DNA of 60,826 nt, the filler included. It is 6 parts of 6 records of this genome, joined end to end, with 100 filler letters (N's around TTAATTAATTAA, not from the genome) between each part and the next. Parts side by side here need not be neighbours in the genome. Positions count along the whole stretch, not along the records: positions 1 to 15,177 come from SRR2962707_2530; 5 more parts are not named here. One strand, given 5' to 3'. Under the pieces are notes generated by a model. That model was given only the letters and a program-made list of their open reading frames with translations, made no database searches and was not told the DNA's origin. The position numbers and the translations under genes are program-made. Shown piece by piece: positions 1 through 9,368 of the stretch. Every line of letters begins with the position of its first letter. The stretch's first letter is position 1.

Positions 1-1
1 A

Positions 2-103
2 TGGTTCGAAGGCAACTTCGAGGATTACGAAGAAGACAAAAAGCGCCGTCTGGGTGAAGATGCCGCCGAGCCGAAGCGGAAGCATAAGAAGTTTACGAGG
101 TGA
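2..103 (+). CDS. ettA: 3' end of energy-dependent translational throttle protein EttA (ABC-F), partial
   Basis: Frame 2 reads WFEGNFEDYEEDKKRRLGEDAAEPKRKHKKFTR*, the characteristic EttA C-terminus; not in the ORF track. Confidence 0.88.
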   Translation, partial: WFEGNFEDYEEDKKRRLGEDAAEPKRKHKKFTR

Positions 104-105
104 CT

Positions 106-711
106 CTAAACGGCCTCCATCATGCTCTTCAAAAGCGACAGCATGGAGGCCGGGACTTTATCTTCCAATCTCACGCTTACGTGGAAATGATTTGGCGCGA
201 CAAGTTCAGTCTGCCAATTTTGGACGAAAGGCGCATTAGAAAGAAGAGATTCTAGTGTATCCGGCAATGCATTCACGCCACGAAGACAAAAGGTGATCTC
301 GCCGTCTTCTTCGCTCAGCACTCTGACTTTTGGGTCACCATCATTTATCATTTGACCTTTGTATCGCTGCATTCTAGCCTTCGATCCACCAGACATTTGC
401 CTTCTACCTTCTAAGGCAGACGTGCGGCCGCTATATAAGTCAAGCCTTCGAATGTAACCCTTTAGAGATTCCAGCTCTTCCAAAATTAACTTTTCGGCTG
501 GCACAGTTTCGACATCCAACTCAGCAACCTTAAAAGTACCAAAGCTAGCAAGAAAGCTATGATCCGAGGCTCCTGAGGAAGCACTGACAACTTTTGCCGC
601 CAACTTCTTCTTAAACTCCACAATCGAATTGAAGCGGAGATCGCGGGGATAAGTTAAATGCTCAACAGGTGACGTATCAAAGGAATAGCTCGTTTTATCA
701 TCTTTTATTAT
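106..711 (-). pseudogene. 5'-truncated gene of a nucleoside 2-deoxyribosyltransferase/TIR-like family hypothetical protein
   Basis: The 106..621 frame stays open upstream to ~711, reading IIKDDKTSYSFDTSPVEHLTYPRDLRFNSIVEFKKKL, which I recognise as the second half of an NDT-like domain. It abuts the IS21 fragment and the N-terminal half is missing. Confidence 0.55.
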
Positions 712-950
712 TCCGTAATCTCCGCCCGAAGATATTTCTTAATGGTGTTGCGAGACAGGCCAGTTCGCCGTGCAATCTCGCGGATGGGCATATGGTCCCG
801 AAGAGCCCACCGTCGAATAACGCTCAAAAATCCCATGTCGATCACTCCAATAACCCCCGACAAATCCCGTCAGGGGCAAGGTCTCACCATGGGTCAGTTC
901 TCAGTGACAATTTCTGCGGCTGCTGGGTCAGTTCTCAGTGACAATCAACA
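708..950 (-). mobile_element. istA: IS21-family remnant: left end plus first ~45 codons of istA
   Basis: Terminal 5'-TGTTGA at 950; two 22-bp subterminal direct repeats TGGGTCAGTTCTCAGTGACAAT (890-911, 924-945); minus frame 845/836..708 reads MGFLSVIRRWALRDHMPIREIARRTGLSRNTIKKYLRAEITE*, an IstA N-terminal HTH. Confidence 0.85.
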
Positions 951-1075
951 CCCCAGAGTTTCTGCAAGGGGCTGACAATATCAAGCCTATTAGGGAAACA
1001 TGGGCGTTGGATGCGAAATGATGGTACGGGCTGCGCTTGGAGGGATTGTGAGATGATCCTGTTTGGAAACAAACC

Positions 1076-1261
1076 GTGAAAGATTTTCTCGGCCCCTTTG
1101 AATTTTTGTGGGACCTGCCGAGTGTAGTTTTCCCCGAAAGAATGCCAAGAGTCAGGTGGCTGGCCAATCTTGCGTGGCGGCTAATGCTCGTGCTTGCAAC
1201 TGTCTATGTCGGAATGGCTGCAATTTACTATGAATATTTCTTGTGGAGTGCGGAACGATAA
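1076..1261 (+). CDS. small membrane protein (61 aa), hypothetical
   Basis: GTG-start ORF with one C-terminal hydrophobic helix; packed 10 nt before the next ORF. Confidence 0.5.
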   Translation: MKDFLGPFEFLWDLPSVVFPERMPRVRWLANLAWRLMLVLATVYVGMAAIYYEYFLWSAER

Positions 1262-1271
1262 GGACCAGGGA

Positions 1272-1448
1272 ATGACGGCATTGTCTCGTTTGGTTGAACG
1301 GTGGCTAGGTCACCTTCTAGATTGGGGCCGAAATGGCACGGTGTTGCAGCGACTTGCGCGTATCTTGCTCGCAGCCGCCTTGGTCATTTTTGCGGCTGCG
1401 ATCGTTTTTTTGCGCATAAATTATAATCTAAGTCTAGGTTCAAAGTAG
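1272..1448 (+). CDS. small membrane protein (58 aa), hypothetical
   Basis: ATG at 1272 preceded by AAGGACCAGGGA; one TM helix (ILLAAALVIFAAAIVFL). Confidence 0.55.
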   Translation: MTALSRLVERWLGHLLDWGRNGTVLQRLARILLAAALVIFAAAIVFLRINYNLSLGSK

Positions 1449-1462
1449 GGGGAGGTCGGCGA

Positions 1463-1717
1463 ATGAATGAAAAAAGCAGACTTGGACGTGCTACCGCGAA
1501 AGCTTGGAGACAGCACCGGGAGGAGTTGATACCTTGGGCAGTCGGCTTGCTCGTATACATCGTTTTCATGCGCCATGCTGAACCGTCTAAGTTTACCGTT
1601 GGAATGTTGGCCTTTATATTAGTTTGGCCGATTATCTTTGTGATACGAATGGCGATGATTATATATCGTACGACCAAAATAGCAGATGAAGAAGGAGAGA
1701 ATGATGGCAGATCCTGA
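1463..1717 (+). CDS. small two-TM membrane protein (84 aa), hypothetical
   Basis: Strong SD GGAGGT before ATG; two hydrophobic helices; overlaps the next start. Confidence 0.65.
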   Translation: MNEKSRLGRATAKAWRQHREELIPWAVGLLVYIVFMRHAEPSKFTVGMLAFILVWPIIFVIRMAMIIYRTTKIADEEGENDGRS

Positions 1718-2222
1718 AGAAACATCATCTTCGTCTTATCGAGACGTGGTTGATAGTGTTGCGGGTTTAACGGGCACCGCTATTTCCACCACAGGGGACA
1801 TCATCGACATCGAAACGGGTGGACGACTTGGTGGGAAGATTCTTGGACCGACAGGAATTGTTGTTGATGCTTATTTCAAATCGACCGACGAGGACGGCTT
1901 TACTGTTCAAGATGGCATTTCTCTTGGTGGTGGATTCCTTGGTGGCGTCTGGTCTGGGATGGTCGCTTCGGCATCGACTGCAAATCCTTGGACAATAGTC
2001 GGTGCTGGCGTCGTCGGCGGTTTTACTGCAGGATTCGTAATTGACAGTATGAAATTTGGCGGCACCGGTCCATTATCCCGGGATCCCCGCGCCCTGTGCC
2101 TGTACCGATCCCGGCCAGCACAACACTGCCAAAAGAAGCGTAGTAGACAAAGCTGCGCCCATAGGGGGTGCGCAGGCCGCAATTCGGAACTGAAAATCAT
2201 ACATTTAAAAAATCCTGGATAA
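1704..2222 (+). pseudogene. glycine-zipper-rich protein, probably 3'-truncated near 2062
   Basis: SD AAGGAG at 1692-1697; GISLGGGFLGGVWSG...GAGVVGGFTAG GxxxG tracts; composition and peptide character change abruptly after ...MKFGG. Confidence 0.5.
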
Positions 2223-2377
2223 TGCAGGGCGAAACCTACCAGAAAACGGCTCGTCTACATACCCGCCTCTGCGGCGTCGCACGGCTCCGCGCTCGCCCAT
2301 GGCAATGCCTGTCATCACCCACCGGCCCGCGTGGCGACCATGGCGTCGCCCCCCCCCGCCCCGCAGGGCAAAACCAC

Positions 2378-2417
2378 CCATACGCGAGCCATATGAAATC
2401 CATACGCTTTCCATACG
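2378..2417 (+). repeat. four CCATA(C/T)G direct repeats with exact 11-bp period
   Basis: Copies start at 2378, 2389, 2400 and 2411. Confidence 0.8.
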
Positions 2418-2472
2418 TTGTCCAGCCCGCCGTTTGCGACCGCCCAAAAGGATGCAATTTGCAGAAAATCTG

Positions 2473-2629
2473 TTGCCACACGCCTTGGGACATGTCATAT
2501 GGGCGGTGCTGACGATCTTCTCTTCGACCATCTTGTCTTCCCTAACCGGCTTGCAGGCTATCGATCCGAACGTGACCTCGCCGAGCTGTCGCATACTGTG
2601 GACAGCAGACTATACTAAGGAATATTCAC
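2473..2629 (+). promoter_or_regulatory. candidate cspA promoter and ~120-nt 5' leader
   Basis: TTGCCA (2473-2478), 17 nt, CATATG (2496-2501); long leaders are typical of csp mRNAs; SD TAAGGA before ATG 2630. Confidence 0.5.
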
Positions 2630-2836
2630 ATGGCTACTGGCACAGTGAAATGGTTCAACGCAACTAAAGGCTTCGGCTTCATTCAGCCCGATGGCGGCTC
2701 CAAGGACGTCTTCGTGCACATCTCCGCAGTTGAGCGCTCGGGCCTGTCCGGTCTGAAAGACGACCAAAAAGTTACCTTCGACATCGAAGCTGGCCGTGAC
2801 GGCCGCGAGAGCGCGATCAACCTCGCACTCGCCTAA
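2630..2836 (+). CDS. cspA: cold-shock protein
   Basis: [18 protein letters not shown] (RNP1) and DVFVH (RNP2), 68 aa. Confidence 0.97.
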   Translation: MATGTVKWFNATKGFGFIQPDGGSKDVFVHISAVERSGLSGLKDDQKVTFDIEAGRDGRESAINLALA

Positions 2837-2860
2837 GCTTTTGTCTTAGCGATAGAATTT

Positions 2861-2893
2861 CGACCGCCCTCAGGGGCGGTCGTTTTCGTTTTG
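2861..2893 (+). terminator. intrinsic terminator after cspA
   Basis: CGACCGCCC-TCAG-GGGCGGTCG hairpin followed by TTTTCGTTTT. Confidence 0.85.
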
Positions 2894-3073
2894 GGGGTCT
2901 GACATCCTGTAATCCGGGCTCTTCGGATGCTGCTCTCTGAAAAATTACACACATTTTCGTGATTTAAAGACACGCGATCATGACACACATTTTAACCCGT
3001 ATGCGTCACTTGGCATTGAAAACTTTTGTGCCTTGATCAAGATAAACCAATTCCAAACGAAAAGAGCACCGCC

Positions 3074-3643
3074 ATGATTTCTCGCCGAACATTTGTCGCC
3101 ACCGCCGCAGCTTCTGTCGCCTCCGCCGCCCTGCCCCTGCAGGCCAGCGCCCAGGCATTCCAAGTCGCGCCCAGATTCGCGCCGCAACAGGTCACCTTTA
3201 CAACCGACTATGCGCCGGGCCAGATCCTGATCGTACCCAAGGCCCATTTTCTGTATTACGTGACCGAACCCGGTGTGGCCCTGCGCTATGGCGTCGGCGT
3301 CGGCAAGGCAGGCCTGGAATTCACCGGCACCGCGACGATCAGTGTCAAAAAGGAATGGCCCACCTGGCGCCCGACCAACGACATGATAAAACGGGACCCC
3401 AGCCATTACGGCGAATTCATCGACAACGATTACGTCCAACCTGGCGGTCCCGGCAATCCACTCGGCGCGCGCGCGCTTTATCTGTTCCAGAATGGCCGCG
3501 ACACCTATTTCCGCATTCACGGCACAACTGCACCTAGGTCCATCGGCCGGTCGGTATCCAATGGTTGTATCCGGATGCTGAACGAACACGTGACGGATCT
3601 CTATGAACGCGTTCCTCTGGGTACTGTCGTCAACGTCCTGTGA
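3074..3643 (+). CDS. L,D-transpeptidase (YkuD/ErfK family), Tat-exported
   Basis: SRRTFV Tat signal; NPLGARALYL and RIHGT...SNGCIRM catalytic motif. Confidence 0.93.
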   Translation: MISRRTFVATAAASVASAALPLQASAQAFQVAPRFAPQQVTFTTDYAPGQILIVPKAHFLYYVTEPGVALRYGVGVGKAGLEFTGTATISVKKEWPTWRPTNDMIKRDPSHYGEFIDNDYVQPGGPGNPLGARALYLFQNGRDTYFRIHGTTAPRSIGRSVSNGCIRMLNEHVTDLYERVPLGTVVNVL

Positions 3644-3673
3644 CCCGGTGCGGCCCGACAAACCGGGGTTATC

Positions 3674-4819
3674 ATGGATGACTTCGATCTGCTGGTGCTG
3701 GGCGCGGGTCCGGCTGGATGTGCGGCGGCCATAACGGCCGCCCGCTCAAGCTTACGCGTTGCACTGATCGACAAACACCGTTTCCCGCGTGACAAACTCT
3801 GTGGAGGCGGCTTTACCGGCCGTTCCATGCGGCATTTCCAGGAAATATTCGGCACCGATACGCCCTACGACGGCATCCCACAGCGCGATGCCATCAGCTT
3901 TTGCGCCTTTGGTCAGGAGGTCGGGCATTTCACTGGGATTCAGCCGATCCACATGACCATGCGCCGCGATCTGGATCATGCGATGCTGCGGGCCGCGATT
4001 TCTGCGGGTGCCACTGATTTGACCGGCCTAGGCGCACCTATCATCGACGTCAGCACTCCTTCGGTCACCCTTCAGGGCAGGCGCGTCACCGCGCCCCTCA
4101 TGGTGGCGGCTGACGGCGTCAACAGCGCAACCGCCCGGGCCCTGTTCGGTCGTGCCTTCGACCCTAAAACCATCGGCTTTGCGCTTGAGGTCGAAGTTCC
4201 GACCGATACGCCCCCGGACACGCCTGTACGGATCGATTTTGGCGCGGCAAACTGGGGGTATGGTTGGGATTTCCCCAAGATGTCGGGGCGTACCATCGGC
4301 GTAGGTGGGGTGATGCGGCGCAACACGGACCTCAAGGCCGCGCTGGCCACCTATCTGTCCCAACTGGGCGTTAAAACCGCCAGCCCGGTCAAAGGACAGT
4401 TCCTGCCGTTCGGATCTTATCGGCGGGTTCCGGGCCGGGGTCCTGTGTTGCTGGCGGGGGACGCGGCGGGACTGGTCGACCCGATCACCGGCGAAGGCAT
4501 CGCCTACGCCCTGAAAAGCGGCCAGATCGCAGCCCAATCTGCCATTGCGGCGCTGCGCAGCGGAAAACCCGGCACCGCCCTGCCCCGCTATCGCAAGGCA
4601 CTGCGCCCCATTCACCTTGCCATTACCCAGGCACGAATGATCCGGCCGATGATTTTTCTGCCGACGATGCGCAATAGTTTCGTTTCGGGATTTCGCAATT
4701 CCTCGACCTTGCGGGCGGAATATATGCGGCTTCTTGCGGGCGAGACGGAATATGGCCAAATCACTGGCCGCACAATCGCCCGCCTGCCCCGTTTCCTTCT
4801 ACGCAGTTTAAAAAGTTAA
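3674..4819 (+). CDS. geranylgeranyl reductase-family FAD oxidoreductase
   Basis: GAGPAG, FPRDKLCGGG, AADG, GYGWDFP and LAGDAAGLVDPITGEGI motifs. Confidence 0.9.
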   Translation: MDDFDLLVLGAGPAGCAAAITAARSSLRVALIDKHRFPRDKLCGGGFTGRSMRHFQEIFGTDTPYDGIPQRDAISFCAFGQEVGHFTGIQPIHMTMRRDLDHAMLRAAISAGATDLTGLGAPIIDVSTPSVTLQGRRVTAPLMVAADGVNSATARALFGRAFDPKTIGFALEVEVPTDTPPDTPVRIDFGAANWGYGWDFPKMSGRTIGVGGVMRRNTDLKAALATYLSQLGVKTASPVKGQFLPFGSYRRVPGRGPVLLAGDAAGLVDPITGEGIAYALKSGQIAAQSAIAALRSGKPGTALPRYRKALRPIHLAITQARMIRPMIFLPTMRNSFVSGFRNSSTLRAEYMRLLAGETEYGQITGRTIARLPRFLLRSLKS

Positions 4820-4925
4820 GATTTTATTTACCTCGCCACTCAACTCCCTTTCGTCTGCCGTAAATCTTTACGAATTGATAAAGGATTAACGACAGATTGA
4901 TCCCATTCTGGGATTAGGGACGACC

Positions 4926-5138
4926 ATGGCGATCGTCGGTTTTTTGGTGGGGAGTGTTATGGGTGCCGTCAGCGGCTTCATTGGATGGGCCGCGTTTGGA
5001 ACCTCGGCCTTTACAGCGCTTTTCCTGTATATCGTCACTAGCCTGGCAATTGGAACGCTGATCGTCGTCTTGGGGTATCTGCGCCAGGTTCAGGGCAGGC
5101 GGGCAGAAAACACTGCCCGCAGAACCAAACGCACGTGA
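4926..5138 (+). CDS. small two-TM membrane protein, hypothetical
   Basis: SD AGGGA before ATG; two hydrophobic helices and a basic tail. Confidence 0.65.
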   Translation: MAIVGFLVGSVMGAVSGFIGWAAFGTSAFTALFLYIVTSLAIGTLIVVLGYLRQVQGRRAENTARRTKRT

Positions 5139-5401
5139 TCGAATTGAATTATGCAATTCCCGCGATGACGTCCCGATGTCCGCACCGGGCGTTATTGCCC
5201 TTTCCGCCCTGCCTAGTGCGAACCCGCGATCGACATCGCAATGGCCTGACATGTCACTGACCCAAAAACCGGAAACTCGATATTCACAAAGGCGCCGCAA
5301 GACACCCCTTCGCGTATTCTACCCACACCGGGACAGCCCCTTCATGCCAGCGATTGGGTCGCAACTTCGTCTAGACCCAGACCCAGACAGCACATGACGA
5401 T

Positions 5402-6070
5402 TTACTGACTGGCCTGCGCAACTAATGCCTCGACCGATGGCCCCAACGCCTCGACGATACGTTTGACCCCTTCGGCATTGGGATGGATACCATCTGCCTG
5501 CATATAGGCACGCACATCCGCCGGGCGACGATCATCCTCGGCCAAACCCTGAAAGAATTCCGGGAAATACAACGTGTCATATTGCTTGGCCAGATCGGGA
5601 TACATCGCGTCAAAGGCGGTCTTGAACTCTGGTCCATAGTTGCCAGGCGCACGCAGCCCGACCACAAGAACCGGCAGATCGTCACCGGTCGCGATCTTCA
5701 GAATCTCATCAAGGTTGGCGCGTGAATTCGCCGGATCGATGCCCCGCAGCAGGTCGTTGCCCCCCAGCGTCACGATCAATCCGTCCGTGGTATCCGATAG
5801 CGACCACTCTACCCGGCTCAGTCCGCCTGCCGTCGTGTCTCCGGACACACCCGCATTGACCAGCGTCACGTCATGCCCCCGCACCTGCAACCAGGCCTGC
5901 ATCTGTGGCACAAACCCGTCGTCGCGCGGCAGTCCGTAACCTGCCGTCAGACTATCCCCAAGCGCCACAATCTCGACCGGTTCGGCCTGCGCAACGCCGA
6001 CCCAGCCAATCAAGATTGCGACAGCCAGCTTGCTCTGCAGCGCAGCAACCCCATATGTTCTAAAACTCAT
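5402..6070 (-). CDS. tesA: arylesterase/acyl-CoA thioesterase I (SGNH/GDSL hydrolase)
   Basis: GDSLTAG, NAGVSGDTT, GGND and DGIHPN blocks; divergent from ybbA-ybbP as in E. coli. Confidence 0.92.
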   Translation of the reverse strand: MSFRTYGVAALQSKLAVAILIGWVGVAQAEPVEIVALGDSLTAGYGLPRDDGFVPQMQAWLQVRGHDVTLVNAGVSGDTTAGGLSRVEWSLSDTTDGLIVTLGGNDLLRGIDPANSRANLDEILKIATGDDLPVLVVGLRAPGNYGPEFKTAFDAMYPDLAKQYDTLYFPEFFQGLAEDDRRPADVRAYMQADGIHPNAEGVKRIVEALGPSVEALVAQASQ

Positions 6071-6090
6071 AATGTCTGGACCCTTCCCAT

Positions 6091-6780
6091 ATGACCGATC
6101 CCGTACTTGCCCTTAAAGATGTCACGTTGCGCCTAAACGGCAATGCCGGAATGGTACAGATTCTTCACGGGATCACACTGAACGTTCACAAGGGCGAGAC
6201 TTTGGGCCTGATCGGCCCATCCGGTTCCGGTAAATCGTCCCTGCTGATGATCATGGGCGGGTTGGAACGTGCAACAGGCGGCAGCGTGACAGCGCTGGGG
6301 CAGGACCTGACCAAATTGAACGAAGACGGCCTTGCCCGGTTCCGCCGCGACCATATGGGCGTGGTGTTCCAGTCCTTTCATCTGATCCCCACAATGACCG
6401 CGCTGGAAAATGTTGCAACGCCGCTCGAACTTGCTGGCAAGGCAGATGCCTTTGAGCGCGCCCGGGCCGAGCTTGAGGCCGTAGGCCTTGGCCACCGCGC
6501 GGATCATTACCCGGCGCAGATGTCGGGGGGCGAACAGCAGCGCGTTGCCCTGGCCCGCGCTTCTGCCCCGCGCCCCAAGATCCTTTTGGCGGATGAACCA
6601 ACCGGCAACCTCGACGGTGTGAACGGCGATGCAATCATCCGGATGCTGTTCGATCTGCGTGACCGGCACGGGGCGACGCTTGTCCTTGTCACCCACGCCA
6701 ATGCCCTTGCAGAACGCTGTGACCGCGTCATTCGCCTGACTGACGGTCGCGTCGCAACCCAGCAGCAGGCCGCAGAATGA
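6091..6780 (+). CDS. ybbA: ABC transporter ATP-binding protein (YbbA/LolD-like)
   Basis: [33 protein letters not shown]. Confidence 0.88.
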   Translation: MTDPVLALKDVTLRLNGNAGMVQILHGITLNVHKGETLGLIGPSGSGKSSLLMIMGGLERATGGSVTALGQDLTKLNEDGLARFRRDHMGVVFQSFHLIPTMTALENVATPLELAGKADAFERARAELEAVGLGHRADHYPAQMSGGEQQRVALARASAPRPKILLADEPTGNLDGVNGDAIIRMLFDLRDRHGATLVLVTHANALAERCDRVIRLTDGRVATQQQAAE

Positions 6781-9302
6781 GCCTGCGTATCGCCGCACGT
6801 ATTGCCCGCCGCGAATTGCGCGGTGGACTGTCTGGGTTCCGCATATTTATCGCCTGTCTGGCCCTTGGCGTCGCGGCCATCGCAGGCGTCGGTTCGGTCC
6901 GCTCCGCGATTGAGGCGGGCCTGTCCGATCAGGGTGCCGTTCTGCTGGGCGGCGACGCCGAGGTGCAGTTCACCTATCGCTTTGCCACACCCGAGGAACG
7001 CAGCTGGCTCGACTCTGTTGCCACAAAAGTGTCCGAGGTCACCGATTTCCGCTCCATGGTCGTGGTCAACCCGGACGGGGACGCTGAACGTGGCCTGACG
7101 CAGGTGAAATCGGTCGATGCCGCCTACCCGCTCGTGGGCGAAATCCTGCTCGACCCGCCAATGTCGCTGGCGCAGGCGCTCGCCACCGGGGAATTTCCCG
7201 GCGCGGTCATGGCTCCGGTTCTGGCCGACAGGCTCGGCCTGCAAACCGGCGATACCTTCCGCCTTGGCACACAGGATTTCACTCTGAATGCGGTCATTGC
7301 GCGTGAACCGGACAACTCCGGCGCCGGCTTCTCGCTTGGGCCCCGTACCATTGTGCGCACACAGGATCTGGGCAATTCCGGCCTCCTGACGCCCGGCACG
7401 CTGTATGATTCCGAATACCGTCTTGATCTGCCACCCGGCACCGACCTTGATGCGCTTCAGGCCCAGGCTGAGGATCGCTTTCGCGACACAGGCCTGCGCT
7501 GGCGTGATGCACGCAACGGTGCGCCGGGTGTGGCGCGCTTTGTCGAACGACTGGGGGCCTTCCTCGTTCTGGTCGGTCTCTCTGGGCTTGCCGTGGGCGG
7601 CGTGGGCGTATCGGCGGCCGTGCGTTCCTACCTCGCGCGCAAGACATCGGTGATCGCCACCCTGCGTACCTTGGGTGCCAGCCGCGCCACGATTTTTCAG
7701 ACGTATTTTCTGCAAATCGGCGTTCTCAGCCTTGTCGGCATCGCTCTAGGCGTCCTGCTTGGCGCGATCATCCCGCTGATCTTTGCGCCACTCATCACCG
7801 CCTCTCTCCCGGTTCCGGCGCTCTTTACCCTGCATCCCGAACCTCTGATCGAGGCGGCGATATACGGCGCCCTGACCGCACTTGTCTTCACCCTATGGCC
7901 GCTTGCCCGGGCCGAGGAGGTGCGCGCCGCCACCCTGTTCCGCGACGCATTGGAAAGCGCCAGCATCCTTCCCGCTCCGCGCTATGTGGTTGCTACCGGG
8001 GTGCTAACCCTGCTGCTGGTTGGCACGGCAATGGCGTTTTCGGGAAATGCTTGGCTGACCCTCTGGACCGCTGGTGGCATCTTTGGTGCGCTGATCCTGC
8101 TGACGCTTGCGGCCATCGCTATCCGCTGGCTCGCCCGTTGGGCCGCTCCCTCTGCACGAGGAAAACCTGTGCTTCGCTGGGCGCTTGGTGCCATTGGCGG
8201 CCCGCGCGAAGGGGCCGCATCGGTCGTGCTGTCGCTGGGCCTTGGCCTGTCGGTGCTGGCCGCTGTGGGCCAGATCGACGGCAACCTGCGCAATTCGATC
8301 AGTCGCGACCTACCTGAAATCGCCCCGTCCTACTTCTTTGTGGATATTCAAAAGGACCAGATGCCCGGCGTTATGGACCGTCTGCAAAACGACCCCGCTG
8401 TAAGCAAGATTGAAAGCGCGCCAATGCTGCGCGGCGTGGTCACGATGATCAACGGTGTGCCCGCCGAAGACGTGGCCGGCGATCACTGGGTCGTGCGCGG
8501 TGACCGTGGCATAACCTATGCCGACAAACCGGGCGACGGCACAACCATCACCGCCGGCCAGTGGTGGCCCGAAGGGTATGACGGCCCACCCCAGATCAGC
8601 TTTGCCGCCGAAGAGGCCGAAGAGATCGGCCTGGAACTGGGTGACACAATCACCGTCAACGTTCTGGGGCGCGACATCACCGCCACTATCACCAGCTTCC
8701 GCGAGGTGAATTTCGCCACCGGCGGCATTGGCTTTGTCATGGCACTGAACGCAGCTGCATTGGAAAACGCGCCACACACCTTTATCTCAACGGTTTACGC
8801 CACGCCGGAGTCTGAGGCGCAGATCCTGCGCGACCTGTCCCAGGCATACCCCAACATCACAGCAATCCGCGTGGCCGACGCCATCGACAGGGTGTCCCAG
8901 CTGCTCGAAGGCATCACTTCGGCCACCCGCTGGGGCGCGGCGGCGACGCTGCTGACCGGATTTCTGGTGCTGATCGGTGCGGCGGCGGCCGGGGAACAGT
9001 CGCGCACTTACGAGGCGGCAGTGCTGAAGACCCTTGGCGCCAGCCGTGCCCTCATTCTGCGTTCCTTTGCCCTACGCTCGGCGTTACTCGGGGCCGGGGC
9101 CGGTATTGTGGCCCTGGCAGCCGGGATATTGGGGGGATGGGCCGTCAGCACCTTTATCATGGAAACGGACTTTGGCGTGATCTGGTCCTCGGCGTTCGGC
9201 ATCATCGCGGGTGGCGTGCTGGCGACGCTGATTGCAGGGCTGGGTTTTGCCTGGCGCCCGCTGGCTGCACGCCCTGCTTCGGTGTTGCGCGCGCGGGAAT
9301 AG
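6777..9302 (+). CDS. ybbP: ABC transporter permease, YbbP/FtsX-like, 841 aa
   Basis: ARRELRGG N-terminus, two FtsX-type repeats (IATLRTLGAS / AAVLKTLGAS), PSYFFVDIQ; ATGA overlap with ATPase gene. Confidence 0.88.
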   Translation: MSLRIAARIARRELRGGLSGFRIFIACLALGVAAIAGVGSVRSAIEAGLSDQGAVLLGGDAEVQFTYRFATPEERSWLDSVATKVSEVTDFRSMVVVNPDGDAERGLTQVKSVDAAYPLVGEILLDPPMSLAQALATGEFPGAVMAPVLADRLGLQTGDTFRLGTQDFTLNAVIAREPDNSGAGFSLGPRTIVRTQDLGNSGLLTPGTLYDSEYRLDLPPGTDLDALQAQAEDRFRDTGLRWRDARNGAPGVARFVERLGAFLVLVGLSGLAVGGVGVSAAVRSYLARKTSVIATLRTLGASRATIFQTYFLQIGVLSLVGIALGVLLGAIIPLIFAPLITASLPVPALFTLHPEPLIEAAIYGALTALVFTLWPLARAEEVRAATLFRDALESASILPAPRYVVATGVLTLLLVGTAMAFSGNAWLTLWTAGGIFGALILLTLAAIAIRWLARWAAPSARGKPVLRWALGAIGGPREGAASVVLSLGLGLSVLAAVGQIDGNLRNSISRDLPEIAPSYFFVDIQKDQMPGVMDRLQNDPAVSKIESAPMLRGVVTMINGVPAEDVAGDHWVVRGDRGITYADKPGDGTTITAGQWWPEGYDGPPQISFAAEEAEEIGLELGDTITVNVLGRDITATITSFREVNFATGGIGFVMALNAAALENAPHTFISTVYATPESEAQILRDLSQAYPNITAIRVADAIDRVSQLLEGITSATRWGAAATLLTGFLVLIGAAAAGEQSRTYEAAVLKTLGASRALILRSFALRSALLGAGAGIVALAAGILGGWAVSTFIMETDFGVIWSSAFGIIAGGVLATLIAGLGFAWRPLAARPASVLRARE

Positions 9303-9368
9303 AACCTTGCGTCATGCGGCGCAGGCTGGCATGGGTTTGGCCATCTCTGCATGGCCAAAGGACCCCCG

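Noticed and set aside
890-945. Two identical 22-bp repeats resembling a mini CRISPR
   Set aside because: The 12-nt spacer, terminal TG and adjacent istA identify them as IS21 subterminal repeats; no cas genes are present.
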